64,000 nucleotides of DNA from Escherichia coli (GTDB lineage: Bacteria > Pseudomonadota > Gammaproteobacteria > Enterobacterales > Enterobacteriaceae), in NCBI RefSeq assembly GCF_013315695.1, contig NZ_CP054353.1; one strand, written 5' to 3'. This document shows, in pieces, positions 1-8,494 of the stretch. The notes below the pieces were generated by a model. That model was not told where the DNA came from. It ran no database searches and saw only the letters and a list, made by a program, of their open reading frames with translations. The stretch's first letter is position 1; each line of letters starts with the position of its first letter. Both the position numbers and the translations under genes were made by a program.

Positions 1-2
1 AG

Positions 3-585
3 CGTAATCATCTGGAAAACGTAGCCAACGCGCTCGATAAGCATTTGCAGTATAACGTCGACAAACTGATCTTTTTGCGTAATGGCATGCGCGAAGCTCT
101 CGTGGCGCCACTGGATTTCACCTCTCTGCGTAATGCCGTAACCGAGTTCGAACAGCATCGCGACGAGCACACCTGGCAAATCGAACTCAACCGACGGCGC
201 ACCCTGCCAGTCAATGGCGTATCGGATGCATTAGTCAGCGAGGGGAATCTCCTGTCTCGCGAAAATGAAAGCCTCGACAATGAAATTACCGCTGCACTGG
301 AAGTTGGTTACTTGCTGCGACTGGCGCACAACTCCTCGTCGATGGTTGAACAGGCGGTGTATGTCTCGCGTGCTGGATTTTACGTTTCGACGCTGCCGAC
401 CTTGTTTACGCGCAATGTACCAACGCGTTATTACGGCTATGTCACCCAACCCTGGTTTATCGGCCATTCACAACGAGAAAATCGTCACCGCGCGGTACGC
501 TGGTTCACTTCGCAACCGGAACACGCCAGCAATACTGAACCGCAGGTTACCGTCAGTGTTCCGGTAGACAGTAATAACTACTGGT
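3..585 (+). pseudogene. dgcQ: dgcQ (yedQ) diguanylate cyclase, 5' fragment interrupted by prophage insertion; gene start lies upstream of window
   Basis: Frame from position 3 reads [28 protein letters not shown]...VDSNNYW, matching the periplasmic N-terminal region of E. coli DgcQ as I recall it; reading frame leaves host sequence after NNYW and stops 13 codons later in phage DNA (track ORF 45..626). Confidence 0.85.
580..585. repeat. Left copy of 6-bp target-site duplication ACTGGT
   Basis: ACTGGT at 580..585 is repeated at 38077..38082; joining the flanks restores an uninterrupted dgcQ frame (..[11 protein letters not shown]..). Confidence 0.7.
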
Positions 586-631
586 TGATCAGACATGAGA
601 TAAATGAAGGGGGATCCGTGAGATAAATAAC
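586..631. repeat. Left terminal inverted repeat with two GAGATAAAT motifs (candidate transposase binding sites)
   Basis: tgatcagacatGAGATAAATGaagggggatccgtGAGATAAATA; reverse complement of the right end reads tgatgcgccgcGCGATAAATGcactctatcttgtGCGATAAATG, with motifs at the same offsets (11 and 34). Confidence 0.65.
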
Positions 632-946
632 GAATTGGAGTGGGTTAACATGGGTTCTGGTGAACAGAACTGAAATTCTTTTCCGCTATACGATAGATAA
701 GTCGGGCATTGAAATCATCCTTCCTGGCAACTTAGAATCGAGTTTGCTGAAACATGACCCGTAACAAAAAGGATGATTCCAATGACTACTCAAAACAATA
801 AGCATGACAGCCTGGATTACTCAGAAAAGCCCAAAAGCAAGCACATTGTGACGTTCGAGCGCGATTCCGGTAGAAAAGGAGAATCGTCTTCCTCTGCCAA
901 TAAAACCACTATGCCGGCAGCTCCTGCTCCAGGGAAAAAATAAACA

Positions 947-1657
947 TCATTCATCGTTCGTTGCACGAACGCGCCTGATCTCCACTCTGGCAATCTGATC
1001 TGCTGGAATATAGGTTGCCAGAGCTCCCCAGTACTTATCAACCACGCCTTTATACTCTTCCCATTCGTTACTTCCTGAAGGGCTGCTGTGCGTGACGTAA
1101 AGAACCATATCGCCTTTATTTCCCAGGGTAAACGGACCGTTAGGCCACTCTTCAAAGTTCCCTGGCAGCCGTGACATCATACCGGAACCATCGCGAAGAA
1201 TCACTCTGACCTCGGTGACGCTGAAGCCTGTTTGATCAAACATTGCCTGCCATGCTGAGCTGGTATTGTCAGACCATGAAATATCATTATTCCACAGTAA
1301 TCTGTACATCCATTTGCGACCGTACCTGCGCCACCACGCACCGCATGTAACGGCACACAGAAGTGCTGGGGGGGTTGCCAGCCAGGCATTCAGACCTGCC
1401 CACATAACAGCCTGGTAAGCCATCATTGCTGTCAGGCCAAAAATCAGCGAAGAAAAAGTCACCTCAATGGGTTTGTGGTGATCCTTCAGCCCCACATTCG
1501 CAATAAAATACCCAATATAGCCACTGGTCAGGGTCACCAGTGTTGCCCATGGCAGATTTAATAACGAAACGTCAAACATATTTTCTCCCGGCATCCTGAA
1601 TATTACATAGAGAGCATAAAAAAAGCACGGTAAAGGGTCTACCGTGCTCTTATACAA
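947..1657 (-). CDS. Hypothetical membrane protein (three predicted hydrophobic helices plus ~120 aa soluble C-terminal domain); last gene before the left prophage end
   Basis: Track ORF 236 aa; hydrophobic segments LPWATLVTLTSGYIGYFIANV, VTFSSLIFGLTAMMAYQAVMWAGL, ALLCAVTCGAWW; real start may be the internal Met (MFDVSLL). No family recognised. Confidence 0.5.
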   Translation of the reverse strand: MYKSTVDPLPCFFYALYVIFRMPGENMFDVSLLNLPWATLVTLTSGYIGYFIANVGLKDHHKPIEVTFSSLIFGLTAMMAYQAVMWAGLNAWLATPPALLCAVTCGAWWRRYGRKWMYRLLWNNDISWSDNTSSAWQAMFDQTGFSVTEVRVILRDGSGMMSRLPGNFEEWPNGPFTLGNKGDMVLYVTHSSPSGSNEWEEYKGVVDKYWGALATYIPADQIARVEIRRVRATNDE

Positions 1658-1693
1658 TAAGGAGATTTTTGAAAGGACTTTAACAAGCAGGAA

Positions 1694-2092
1694 TTATCTG
1701 GATTTGTTAACGTCTTTCGTCTCCTCTGGCAGATCTTCATCAAACAACCTGCCCTGCATCCGATCCAGTTCTTCTTTTCTGACCCGCTTAACCACGCTGT
1801 AGACCCACTGAAGCGAAACACCAAAATTGCGGGCCAGTTCGTGGTGGTTGCGTCCGTTAAACTCCCTGAAGATTTCCCGGTCGCGCTGACTGACCTTCCA
1901 TACCATGCCCATCGGGAAATAAACGTTTTGCCCGCCCCAGACCTGCATCATTCGGTTCGCGACGGCCTGACCAATCTGGTCGGCAATTGCGGGCTCAATA
2001 TCAATAATCTCGCGAACGGTCTCAGAGGTATGCTGTGCCAGTTCCACCAGGAGTTCCGGCCCTTTACTTCGAAACTGATTCAGGTCGCTCAT
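1694..2092 (-). CDS. mor: Mor/C-family transcriptional activator (middle operon regulator-like)
   Basis: 132 aa; resembles phage Mu Mor as recalled (..HHELARNFGVSLQWVYSVVKR.. C-terminal HTH); sits after the GemA-like gene as in Mu. Confidence 0.75.
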   Translation of the reverse strand: MSDLNQFRSKGPELLVELAQHTSETVREIIDIEPAIADQIGQAVANRMMQVWGGQNVYFPMGMVWKVSQRDREIFREFNGRNHHELARNFGVSLQWVYSVVKRVRKEELDRMQGRLFDEDLPEETKDVNKSR

Positions 2093-2555
2093 GTTTTACT
2101 CCCGCAGCTCTGCGCTGCCACTTCTTCAGTTTCTCAATAACACTGCTTGCCTGTTCAGTATTGAGCCAGCGCAGGGCGCTGATGCCCGTTTCCCGCTTGA
2201 TCCACCGCGCTAATGCATTTTCTGAACGGTCACGAACAATGCCGGCAGCAGCCATTTCAAGCCATAGCGCACGGATTTTCCTGGACTGCGGATGGTTATC
2301 CAGCGGTAAACCGGAGCTGGCTTTTCTGGCAGGCTTAACGCGAAAGCCTTTCCTTTTCATGGATTCCAGCACGCAGTTTAGTTGTGTGGTATCCATTCCT
2401 TTGGTTGAGGCTTTACCGGTCAGCCCCTGTAACATCTGGCGGTAGGTGTCTTCATCCATACCCAGTTCATTACGGGCAATATGAATGAGCTGGATAAGAC
2501 GTTGTTTAGTCATCATCGTTGCTCCTTTTACCTGCGCCACCGATATAATCGACAT
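2064..2555 (-). CDS. GemA-like protein (Mu gp16 family)
   Basis: 163 aa ORF directly upstream of the mor-like gene on the same strand; sequence resembles Mu GemA/gp16-type proteins as recalled. Confidence 0.6.
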   Translation of the reverse strand: MSIISVAQVKGATMMTKQRLIQLIHIARNELGMDEDTYRQMLQGLTGKASTKGMDTTQLNCVLESMKRKGFRVKPARKASSGLPLDNHPQSRKIRALWLEMAAAGIVRDRSENALARWIKRETGISALRWLNTEQASSVIEKLKKWQRRAAGVKHERPESVSK

Positions 2556-2877
2556 ATAAAGGAAGCGCCACAGGCCAGCACAGGAACATCACCGACCAGC
2601 TAATCCAGTAGCCGGCACCACTGTAACGTGAATAAAACCCTGAACGGCGGTGCAGTTCAGCAGTACACCAACCGACAAAACAATACCAGAACAGGGCACA
2701 TACAACAGATTCAGCCGTCATTCTGAATATCCCCCCAACTGATATGAATATTACGGGCAGCAATGACAGGGTCGTTATTCCACCATGCACCTGACATGTA
2801 TTTTTCAACCTGTTCGCGTCCGGCAATAACACCAATTGTGATCCCCGGCCTGACGTTCTTAAAAAAGGCGCGGGCAA
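2506..2877 (-). CDS. Small hydrophobic protein; true start probably the internal Met near 2721
   Basis: Track ORF 123 aa; C-terminal 71 aa (MTAESVVCALFWYCFVGWC..WSVMFLCWPVALPLYV) has two hydrophobic helices; the N-terminal part overlaps ORF 2711..2941 in another frame. Confidence 0.3.
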   Translation of the reverse strand: MPAPFLRTSGRGSQLVLLPDANRLKNTCQVHGGITTLSLLPVIFISVGGIFRMTAESVVCALFWYCFVGWCTAELHRRSGFYSRYSGAGYWISWSVMFLCWPVALPLYVDYIGGAGKRSNDDD

Positions 2878-2941
2878 AAAGGTATCTGGCAGATATTCGG
2901 CAGGCTTTTAATTTCCGGCTGTTACCTGATAGCGTAATCAT
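2711..2941 (-). CDS. Hypothetical small phage protein
   Basis: 76 aa ORF tightly packed between neighbours in the early operon; no recognisable motif. Confidence 0.3.
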   Translation of the reverse strand: MITLSGNSRKLKACRISARYLFARAFFKNVRPGITIGVIAGREQVEKYMSGAWWNNDPVIAARNIHISWGDIQNDG

Positions 2942-3657
2942 CTGGCCTCCAGTTTCTGTTGTTCCTGCCCACTGACCGGGCGGTGCAGTCTGACGTTCTG
3001 CCCTTCACGAAACCCCGCATAGCGCGAGGCGTCGCCATTGCGGCTTCTTCCCGGTTTACGCGCCCTGGTGGTTTGCGTCTGCGGGTATTTATGTTCCAGC
3101 CACTGCTGCATCAGTTCACGCTCATCATCGGTCAGGGCAAAGGACTGTATTTCACTGATAACGGCCAGCACCCAGCCTTCGGCAAACTGGTCTCCACGGC
3201 TGGTGCGGGTGGCGGTTTTTATTCTTTTGTTCTGTGCACTGATATACTGCTGACGCGCCTTTTTCAGCTGACGGGCCAGCACTTCCCAGGTGTATGCAGC
3301 CAGTGCCGCACGTTCCCGGTTGCCGTAGAACCCCACAGACGGGTGCGTGCCGGGGTGAATGATGGAGTTAACACCAAATACCTCGCGGATGATGTTCATC
3401 AGGCCCAGCATGTAGCGCGGTGGACGGAGACTGCCTGTCGGCCAGTAGTGACTGATGGTTTCATCAATATCACTCATAGCAATGTCGGAATGTGTGATGC
3501 CGTGAACATCCATCAGTTTACGGGCTCGGCGCAGTGCCAGAGCGGCCTCGTGCGGGTTGCCGGATGCGGCCAGCGCCAGCAACTTTTTCAGTTTCTCAAT
3601 GTGTTTATTCTGGTCTGTCATTGTTCTGTATCTCCGGTATTTTTCTGCCGTTTCCAT
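2938..3657 (-). CDS. Hypothetical early protein, DUF2786-like N-terminal region
   Basis: 239 aa; N-terminal KLKKLLALAASGNPHEAALALRRARKLM resembles the DUF2786 motif common in Mu-like early regions (from memory). Confidence 0.55.
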   Translation of the reverse strand: METAEKYRRYRTMTDQNKHIEKLKKLLALAASGNPHEAALALRRARKLMDVHGITHSDIAMSDIDETISHYWPTGSLRPPRYMLGLMNIIREVFGVNSIIHPGTHPSVGFYGNRERAALAAYTWEVLARQLKKARQQYISAQNKRIKTATRTSRGDQFAEGWVLAVISEIQSFALTDDERELMQQWLEHKYPQTQTTRARKPGRSRNGDASRYAGFREGQNVRLHRPVSGQEQQKLEAR

Positions 3658-3833
3658 GCCCGGACAGCGTCGGACAGCTCTTTCAGGCTGTATGCTGCTT
3701 TAAGCTTTTCCCATAACCACTGTGTTGTTATGTGCATCAGCAGGGCAGCCAGGGCTGCCCCCGCACTGAGGCATGTCGCCAGGCCAGTAAGAATCAGTGT
3801 CCATGCGGTGATTTCCCTGAGTATGTCAGCCAT
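3618..3833 (-). CDS. Small membrane protein
   Basis: 71 aa with one hydrophobic helix (WTLILTGLATCLSAGAALAALLM); overlaps neighbours by a few codons, consistent with an operon. Confidence 0.4.
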   Translation of the reverse strand: MADILREITAWTLILTGLATCLSAGAALAALLMHITTQWLWEKLKAAYSLKELSDAVRAWKRQKNTGDTEQ

Positions 3834-3847
3834 TGAATGCCTCCCGG

Positions 3848-4144
3848 TTACTCGTTCGTGTAAATCACGCCCAGTCGTGCAGCCAGACGTTCCAGTTTTT
3901 TCTGTTTGTGGAAGTCAATCAGCCGGTCCATCCCCTGAAGGCGCAGTTGCTCTGTCATGATTTCCACGTCTGCCAGCTCTGCCGCGAGGTCACTTTCGCT
4001 GCCCTGTCCGTTCAGGTTGCGGGCGGCACTGGCCGCCAGTTCAGCGGCCTCTTCTGCCAGTTTCAGGGCCTGTGCGTCCGGCCCGAAACGCTGCAGGGCC
4101 AGACGGTAGAGGGCGGTGCGGGTGAGTTCGGTGTTTCGTGTCAT
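3848..4144 (-). CDS. MazG-like nucleotide pyrophosphohydrolase (small all-alpha NTP-PPase)
   Basis: 98 aa; acidic helix motifs LAEEAAELAAS and ELADVEIMTEQL resemble the EExxE/ExxD metal-binding helices of MazG/HisE-type pyrophosphatases. Confidence 0.5.
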   Translation of the reverse strand: MTRNTELTRTALYRLALQRFGPDAQALKLAEEAAELAASAARNLNGQGSESDLAAELADVEIMTEQLRLQGMDRLIDFHKQKKLERLAARLGVIYTNE

Positions 4145-4153
4145 GCCGCGCCC

Positions 4154-4426
4154 TCAGTGCTTCCGGCTGACGGTGATGTGCAGGCCGCCTTCTGCAGTGG
4201 TTTCCATCCGGTACGGCACCTCATGCTCTGCCGTGTGGGTGAGTGTGTTCATCAGTACCTGCAGGGCAGCCTCCTTTCCGTTGGTCGCCACAATGGCCTG
4301 TGTGGCCATGCTGATTAGCGCCGTCAGGACGTGATTCACATCGGTGAGGTCGCGGCATTCACACTCGTTGACATAGTGTTCAACAAGGGTTCGGGTGCGC
4401 TGTCGTGCTTCCTGTGGGGTAATCAT
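4154..4426 (-). CDS. Hypothetical early protein
   Basis: 90 aa ORF in the early operon; no motif recognised. Confidence 0.4.
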   Translation of the reverse strand: MITPQEARQRTRTLVEHYVNECECRDLTDVNHVLTALISMATQAIVATNGKEAALQVLMNTLTHTAEHEVPYRMETTAEGGLHITVSRKH

Positions 4427-4617
4427 TGCGCGTCCTCCCTGTCAGGGCGGGAGAATTCCATGACGGGCACGTCCGCCGAAAAATGCTGGCTGCAGTACGG
4501 GCAGACCAGGGTGACACGTACTGCAGGTATGTGATACTTACCGGACATCACGGCGATGGCGCTGTGAAAACGCAGGGCTGTTATATCCCTCTCGCACTGA
4601 ATACATTTAAATATCAT
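4423..4617 (-). CDS. Small zinc-ribbon-like protein
   Basis: 64 aa with CxxC ... CxxC spacing (CIQCERD ... CPYCSQ). Confidence 0.4.
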   Translation of the reverse strand: MIFKCIQCERDITALRFHSAIAVMSGKYHIPAVRVTLVCPYCSQHFSADVPVMEFSRPDREDAQ

Positions 4618-4714
4618 AATTTAATTCTCCTCTGTTTCCGGCGTGCAGAAGCCCACGGCGCTGACGCCGGAATAAAAAAGAAAATGTTTTTATTAAATAA
4701 TTAACGTGGTGTGT

Positions 4715-5245
4715 TTACTGCACATCCTGCTCAAAAGGAATTATTGAAAAATCCTCAATGTCGCTTTTAATGGAAATACCGGGAATATTTTTCACGGCCT
4801 CTTTTTCATTCAGAATGGCATCTTTATTTATTTCCTCCTTTACACGAATAAAGCGCTCAAGCCCCAGACGTCTCAGCAGTTCAATGACATTATCCGCCCC
4901 GCGAATGCTGACTGACGGCGGACGGTTTCGCCACTGCACCTCGCCGGTGGTGAGGTTAGCGAACTTCACCTTCCCGTTGCCGGTCAGTTCATCACGGTGC
5001 GCCTCACACCATGTCTGGATACCGGACTGCAGTTCGGCCATGCGTTTTTTCAGGCTCTCGGTGAGCGGGGCATAACGTGCAGTGATGTCGCCAATGGTGT
5101 CATTCATTTCTGTTTCAGCCCTGACCAGTTCACGTTGCGCGTCACCAAGCAGTCTGATTCCCTCAATGACCTCTTCGCGTGTCCCCGGCACCCAGAGTGC
5201 TGCTGCGGCTTTGATACGTTTTGCCCCTTTTGTACTTTTTGCCAT
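4715..5245 (-). CDS. gam: Gam-like host-nuclease inhibitor (DNA-end binding, Ku-like)
   Basis: 176 aa; strong resemblance to Mu Gam as recalled (AKRIKAAAALWVP.., ..CEAHRDELT.., ..RPPSVSIRG.., ..IEDFSIIPFEQ). Confidence 0.85.
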   Translation of the reverse strand: MAKSTKGAKRIKAAAALWVPGTREEVIEGIRLLGDAQRELVRAETEMNDTIGDITARYAPLTESLKKRMAELQSGIQTWCEAHRDELTGNGKVKFANLTTGEVQWRNRPPSVSIRGADNVIELLRRLGLERFIRVKEEINKDAILNEKEAVKNIPGISIKSDIEDFSIIPFEQDVQ

Positions 5246-5272
5246 ATTTTATGACTCCTCCTGTTGTGCTGA

Positions 5273-5542
5273 TTACCACAAAGATTCCGGCCACACGACG
5301 CGACAGCCGTGCAGTTCGAAAACGCCCTGACGGAAATATCCCCTGTGGTCATGTCCGGTATACAGATAACAGGCCTTTCCCTGCTCAAGCATGCGCATGC
5401 AATGCGCACTCCGGGAAACGCGGATGACAGGTTTGTTACCCCTGATGGTGATGCTTTGTACATCCGTGTTCGTCGCCTTAAGCGCCATAATGGCTGACTG
5501 CACTTTGCTGATTTGCTGGTTGATACCTGTGGTGGATTTCAT
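5273..5542 (-). CDS. Hypothetical early protein
   Basis: 89 aa ORF immediately downstream of the transposition ATPase gene. Confidence 0.4.
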   Translation of the reverse strand: MKSTTGINQQISKVQSAIMALKATNTDVQSITIRGNKPVIRVSRSAHCMRMLEQGKACYLYTGHDHRGYFRQGVFELHGCRVVWPESLW

Positions 5543-5544
5543 TA

Positions 5545-6750
5545 TTAAACCCCTTTGACAACGTCAGCGTTGACCTGTGGAACCCCGATTTCAGCGGCCA
5601 GATTCATGGCGGCTATCACCAGGTTACTGACGGCCAGCGGATACAGCAGGCTGACCATATTTTTACGATGACTTCCCGGATTGCTCAGGCGGGCACGTAT
5701 GGCATCCACTGCGCTGGCGTCCATAATGTCCGTCAGTTGTTTACCGGCCCGTTGCAGTTTGAACGTCAGAAATTCTTCAAGGTTATTGTCCAGAGGCAGA
5801 AGTTCGACCACCTCACAACGCTGAACGACTTCACGGACTTCCATATTGCGTTCAGACAGTTTTGTCGCCAGTTCCGGCTGGCCAATCAGCACGATGGACA
5901 GCAGTTTTTTGAAACCGGACTCCAGCTCAAAAAAGCGTTTGAGGTGTTTCAGTGTCGGAATGGGCAGACTGTGGGCCTCCTCAATCACCAAAACGTGGCT
6001 GAACCCCGCCTGGCTGCTGTCTTTCAGGACGCGATGCAACTGGCGAAAGCGGGCGTCCTGACTGCGTCTGATGCTTTCCAGTGGTGCGATGGTACTGATA
6101 ATGGCTTCGGCAATCGCTGCTGCCTTCAGGGTTTTCCCTTTCACATCGTTGTCTTCCATAGCGATGATGTATGGCTCGATAACAATTACCGGCGCATTCT
6201 CGCGGTTGATACGTTCAGTCAGGTCGCGGCGCAGCGTGGATTTACCCGCACCGGACTCACCGATGACGGCCATAAACCCACCATGACGGGCTGTCTGGTA
6301 CAACGCCTCACGCACGTAGCGAATGTCCGGGGTGGTGAACACATCATCAGAACCCTGCATGGCTTCATCGGCGAACGGGTCACGGAAAAGACCAAACGCT
6401 TTTTTGGTTGCTGGAAATAACACCTGTTTTTTGAGTAACATATTCTCTTCCTCACTGAGGCTCGTTTTATCTGTGGTACCCGCTGTACGGGGCGTGGCTG
6501 CGCCCTGTACAGCATCAAAACTCTTCGTTGTATCAATCCCCTGACTTTCCAGCCAGGACGCAAGACGCCGGCGCACTTCTCCGGGGCTGGTGCGGGGCCA
6601 CGCGTTATGATTCACAATCTGGGCCAGCGTGGCCTCAGAAACATCGACAGCTCTCGCCACCACCGCCTGTGGGATACGGGCCTCTTTCAGTTGCTGCTTC
6701 AGTACCAGCATGTTTTCCTCCTCAGTTGCCGTTAACAATGCTGATAACAC
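5545..6750 (-). CDS. Transposition ATPase (AAA+; functional analogue of Mu B / TniB-like)
   Basis: 401 aa; Walker A GESGAGKST and Walker B-like HVLVIEEAH; N-terminal HTH-like segment; directly downstream of the transposase. Confidence 0.85.
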   Translation of the reverse strand: MLSALLTATEEENMLVLKQQLKEARIPQAVVARAVDVSEATLAQIVNHNAWPRTSPGEVRRRLASWLESQGIDTTKSFDAVQGAATPRTAGTTDKTSLSEEENMLLKKQVLFPATKKAFGLFRDPFADEAMQGSDDVFTTPDIRYVREALYQTARHGGFMAVIGESGAGKSTLRRDLTERINRENAPVIVIEPYIIAMEDNDVKGKTLKAAAIAEAIISTIAPLESIRRSQDARFRQLHRVLKDSSQAGFSHVLVIEEAHSLPIPTLKHLKRFFELESGFKKLLSIVLIGQPELATKLSERNMEVREVVQRCEVVELLPLDNNLEEFLTFKLQRAGKQLTDIMDASAVDAIRARLSNPGSHRKNMVSLLYPLAVSNLVIAAMNLAAEIGVPQVNADVVKGV

Positions 6751-8491
6751 TGCTGCGTGCCGGCGTGGTCAGCGTGGCCATGACTTCATCCAGTGCAGCT
6801 TCCGGTACGCCGTCCGGGTACTGTGCCGTTAACTGGCGGTAATGTTCCGGCGTCCAGGTAAGGCCGTCGGCGCTGAACTTATCGCGCAGGGCTTTCGCGG
6901 CCTCCACATGAGTCATGGGACGTTGTTCAGTGCGCGGCCCGCGTACGTCAGAGGCCTGACCACGCTTCGGCATATAGGCCGGAAGTGTGGTGTCGTCGAT
7001 ATGTTTATACGGGTCAAGCCGCCCGCCGAACGGCAGCGCCTTCGCCTTGCGTGCGGCGGCTGCATCTGCGGCGTTGTCTGTACCGGTAACCAGCGCTTCA
7101 GTTTCTTTTGCCGCCATCTGTGCCGAGGTTTCCGGCAGGGCTTTGTAACTTTCGCCAAATACCGCCGCGCCTTCAGCAAAGCCAAACTCGTTCTTTCTGA
7201 CCTCTTCGACCAGGAAGAACGTCTCGTGGCCGTCCTCACCGGTCAGAACCACCTGTGCCACATCGCTGCGCCATGGGTTACGGGTAATCATCAGTTTTTC
7301 ACCAACCAGTACGCCCGGTACCGTTGATACGTCAAATTCAGTGCCCCGGAACGAGACACGAAGTTTTGGCGTGACTTTGCGGAGTTCTGGTGCCGCCACA
7401 GCCAGTTCACGACATACCTCAACGGAAGGCGCTTTTTTCAGCTGCTCAGCAGTAATCTTCAGCCAGATATCCGTGCGGGTTTTACCGTGGCGGCTGTGAA
7501 CAGCCGTGGCGTTAAAGTGGCTGCGCCATTTCGCGGCCAGCGCGTTGAGTTCTTCCAGACTGTGAACCGGCCGGAACTTCAGCCCCGGCTCCAGCTTGCG
7601 TTCGATAATGTCACGCGCCTTTTCCACCTGTCCGGTGGCGCGGGCGTTATGCGGCTTGTGCGCTATCAGGTCGATGCCCAGTGAGCGGCACATGTTTTTC
7701 GTCATACCCGCGGTGTTTGCCGAGCCGGGGTCGAGATAGAGTATTTTCGGCACGCCGTGCAGCACGTCTGCGCCGCCACGCTCCTGCATGGCGTTGATAA
7801 GCACAGAGCACAGGTTCTCACCTGATTCCGCGCCCGTCACATACTCAACGTAAATCCAGCCGCTGGCATGGTCGGTAATCTCGTAACTCCACACGCGGTC
7901 ACTGGCGATACGGGCAAGGTTAGCGGGCTTGTTCTTGTAGAACTTCGCGCTGTCCATCACCTGCAGCCCTTTATGTCCATTGCTCAGGTAGTAAAGCGTG
8001 CAGAGTGAGGCGTCAATCTGCCAGACATGATTGGGATGCAGACTGGCCACTTCGGTATGTGGTGCAGGGGCATCCAGTTGTTCCGGGTGCAGGCCATAGT
8101 TACGCAGAGCACGGCTGATGGCATCTTCAGACAACGGGAAAAACTCACTGGTGGTTTCATCTGTTCTGCCTGCGGTGATAAAGCCGTTAGCCCGCAGGGT
8201 TTCCACTGCATCTGCGATGGAATAGAGACGCTTACCGTTCTTGCGGGTGGCCTCACGCAGTGTGGCAGATATCAGCGCGGCTTCGTCGCGGGTCAGGGCG
8301 CTGCGCCCGGCATCGGCGCGTTTTTTGCGTTTATCAGTCACAGAGACCTCCTTCAGCCTGCGCAGCAGAGTGGCGCGGGACATGCCAAGTTCAGCACAGG
8401 CAGCGTCGTATATTGCACCGCGTTTACCATGCCCCGCGTCACGTGCCGCGCGGGCGACATAAACCAGTCGTTCAGTCAGGGCAGCATTCAT
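6722..8491 (-). CDS. DDE transposase (Mu A-like, integrase-core fold)
   Basis: 589 aa; N-terminal HTH, central HVWQIDASL-type DDE core; paired with an AAA+ ATPase gene as in transposable phages. Confidence 0.85.
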   Translation of the reverse strand: MNAALTERLVYVARAARDAGHGKRGAIYDAACAELGMSRATLLRRLKEVSVTDKRKKRADAGRSALTRDEAALISATLREATRKNGKRLYSIADAVETLRANGFITAGRTDETTSEFFPLSEDAISRALRNYGLHPEQLDAPAPHTEVASLHPNHVWQIDASLCTLYYLSNGHKGLQVMDSAKFYKNKPANLARIASDRVWSYEITDHASGWIYVEYVTGAESGENLCSVLINAMQERGGADVLHGVPKILYLDPGSANTAGMTKNMCRSLGIDLIAHKPHNARATGQVEKARDIIERKLEPGLKFRPVHSLEELNALAAKWRSHFNATAVHSRHGKTRTDIWLKITAEQLKKAPSVEVCRELAVAAPELRKVTPKLRVSFRGTEFDVSTVPGVLVGEKLMITRNPWRSDVAQVVLTGEDGHETFFLVEEVRKNEFGFAEGAAVFGESYKALPETSAQMAAKETEALVTGTDNAADAAAARKAKALPFGGRLDPYKHIDDTTLPAYMPKRGQASDVRGPRTEQRPMTHVEAAKALRDKFSADGLTWTPEHYRQLTAQYPDGVPEAALDEVMATLTTPARSSVISIVNGN

Positions 8492-8494
8492 TGG

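Noticed and set aside
45-626. Track ORF 45..626 as a complete 193-aa gene
   Set aside because: It is the interior of dgcQ read from an in-frame TTG; the true gene starts upstream of the window and the last 13 codons are prophage-end sequence.
817-1155. 112-aa minus-strand ORF overlapping the left-end membrane protein gene
   Set aside because: Overlaps 947..1657 in another frame and extends into the non-coding prophage end.
5668-6420. 250-aa plus-strand ORF
   Set aside because: Antisense to the transposition ATPase gene, which has clear Walker motifs; low-complexity translation.
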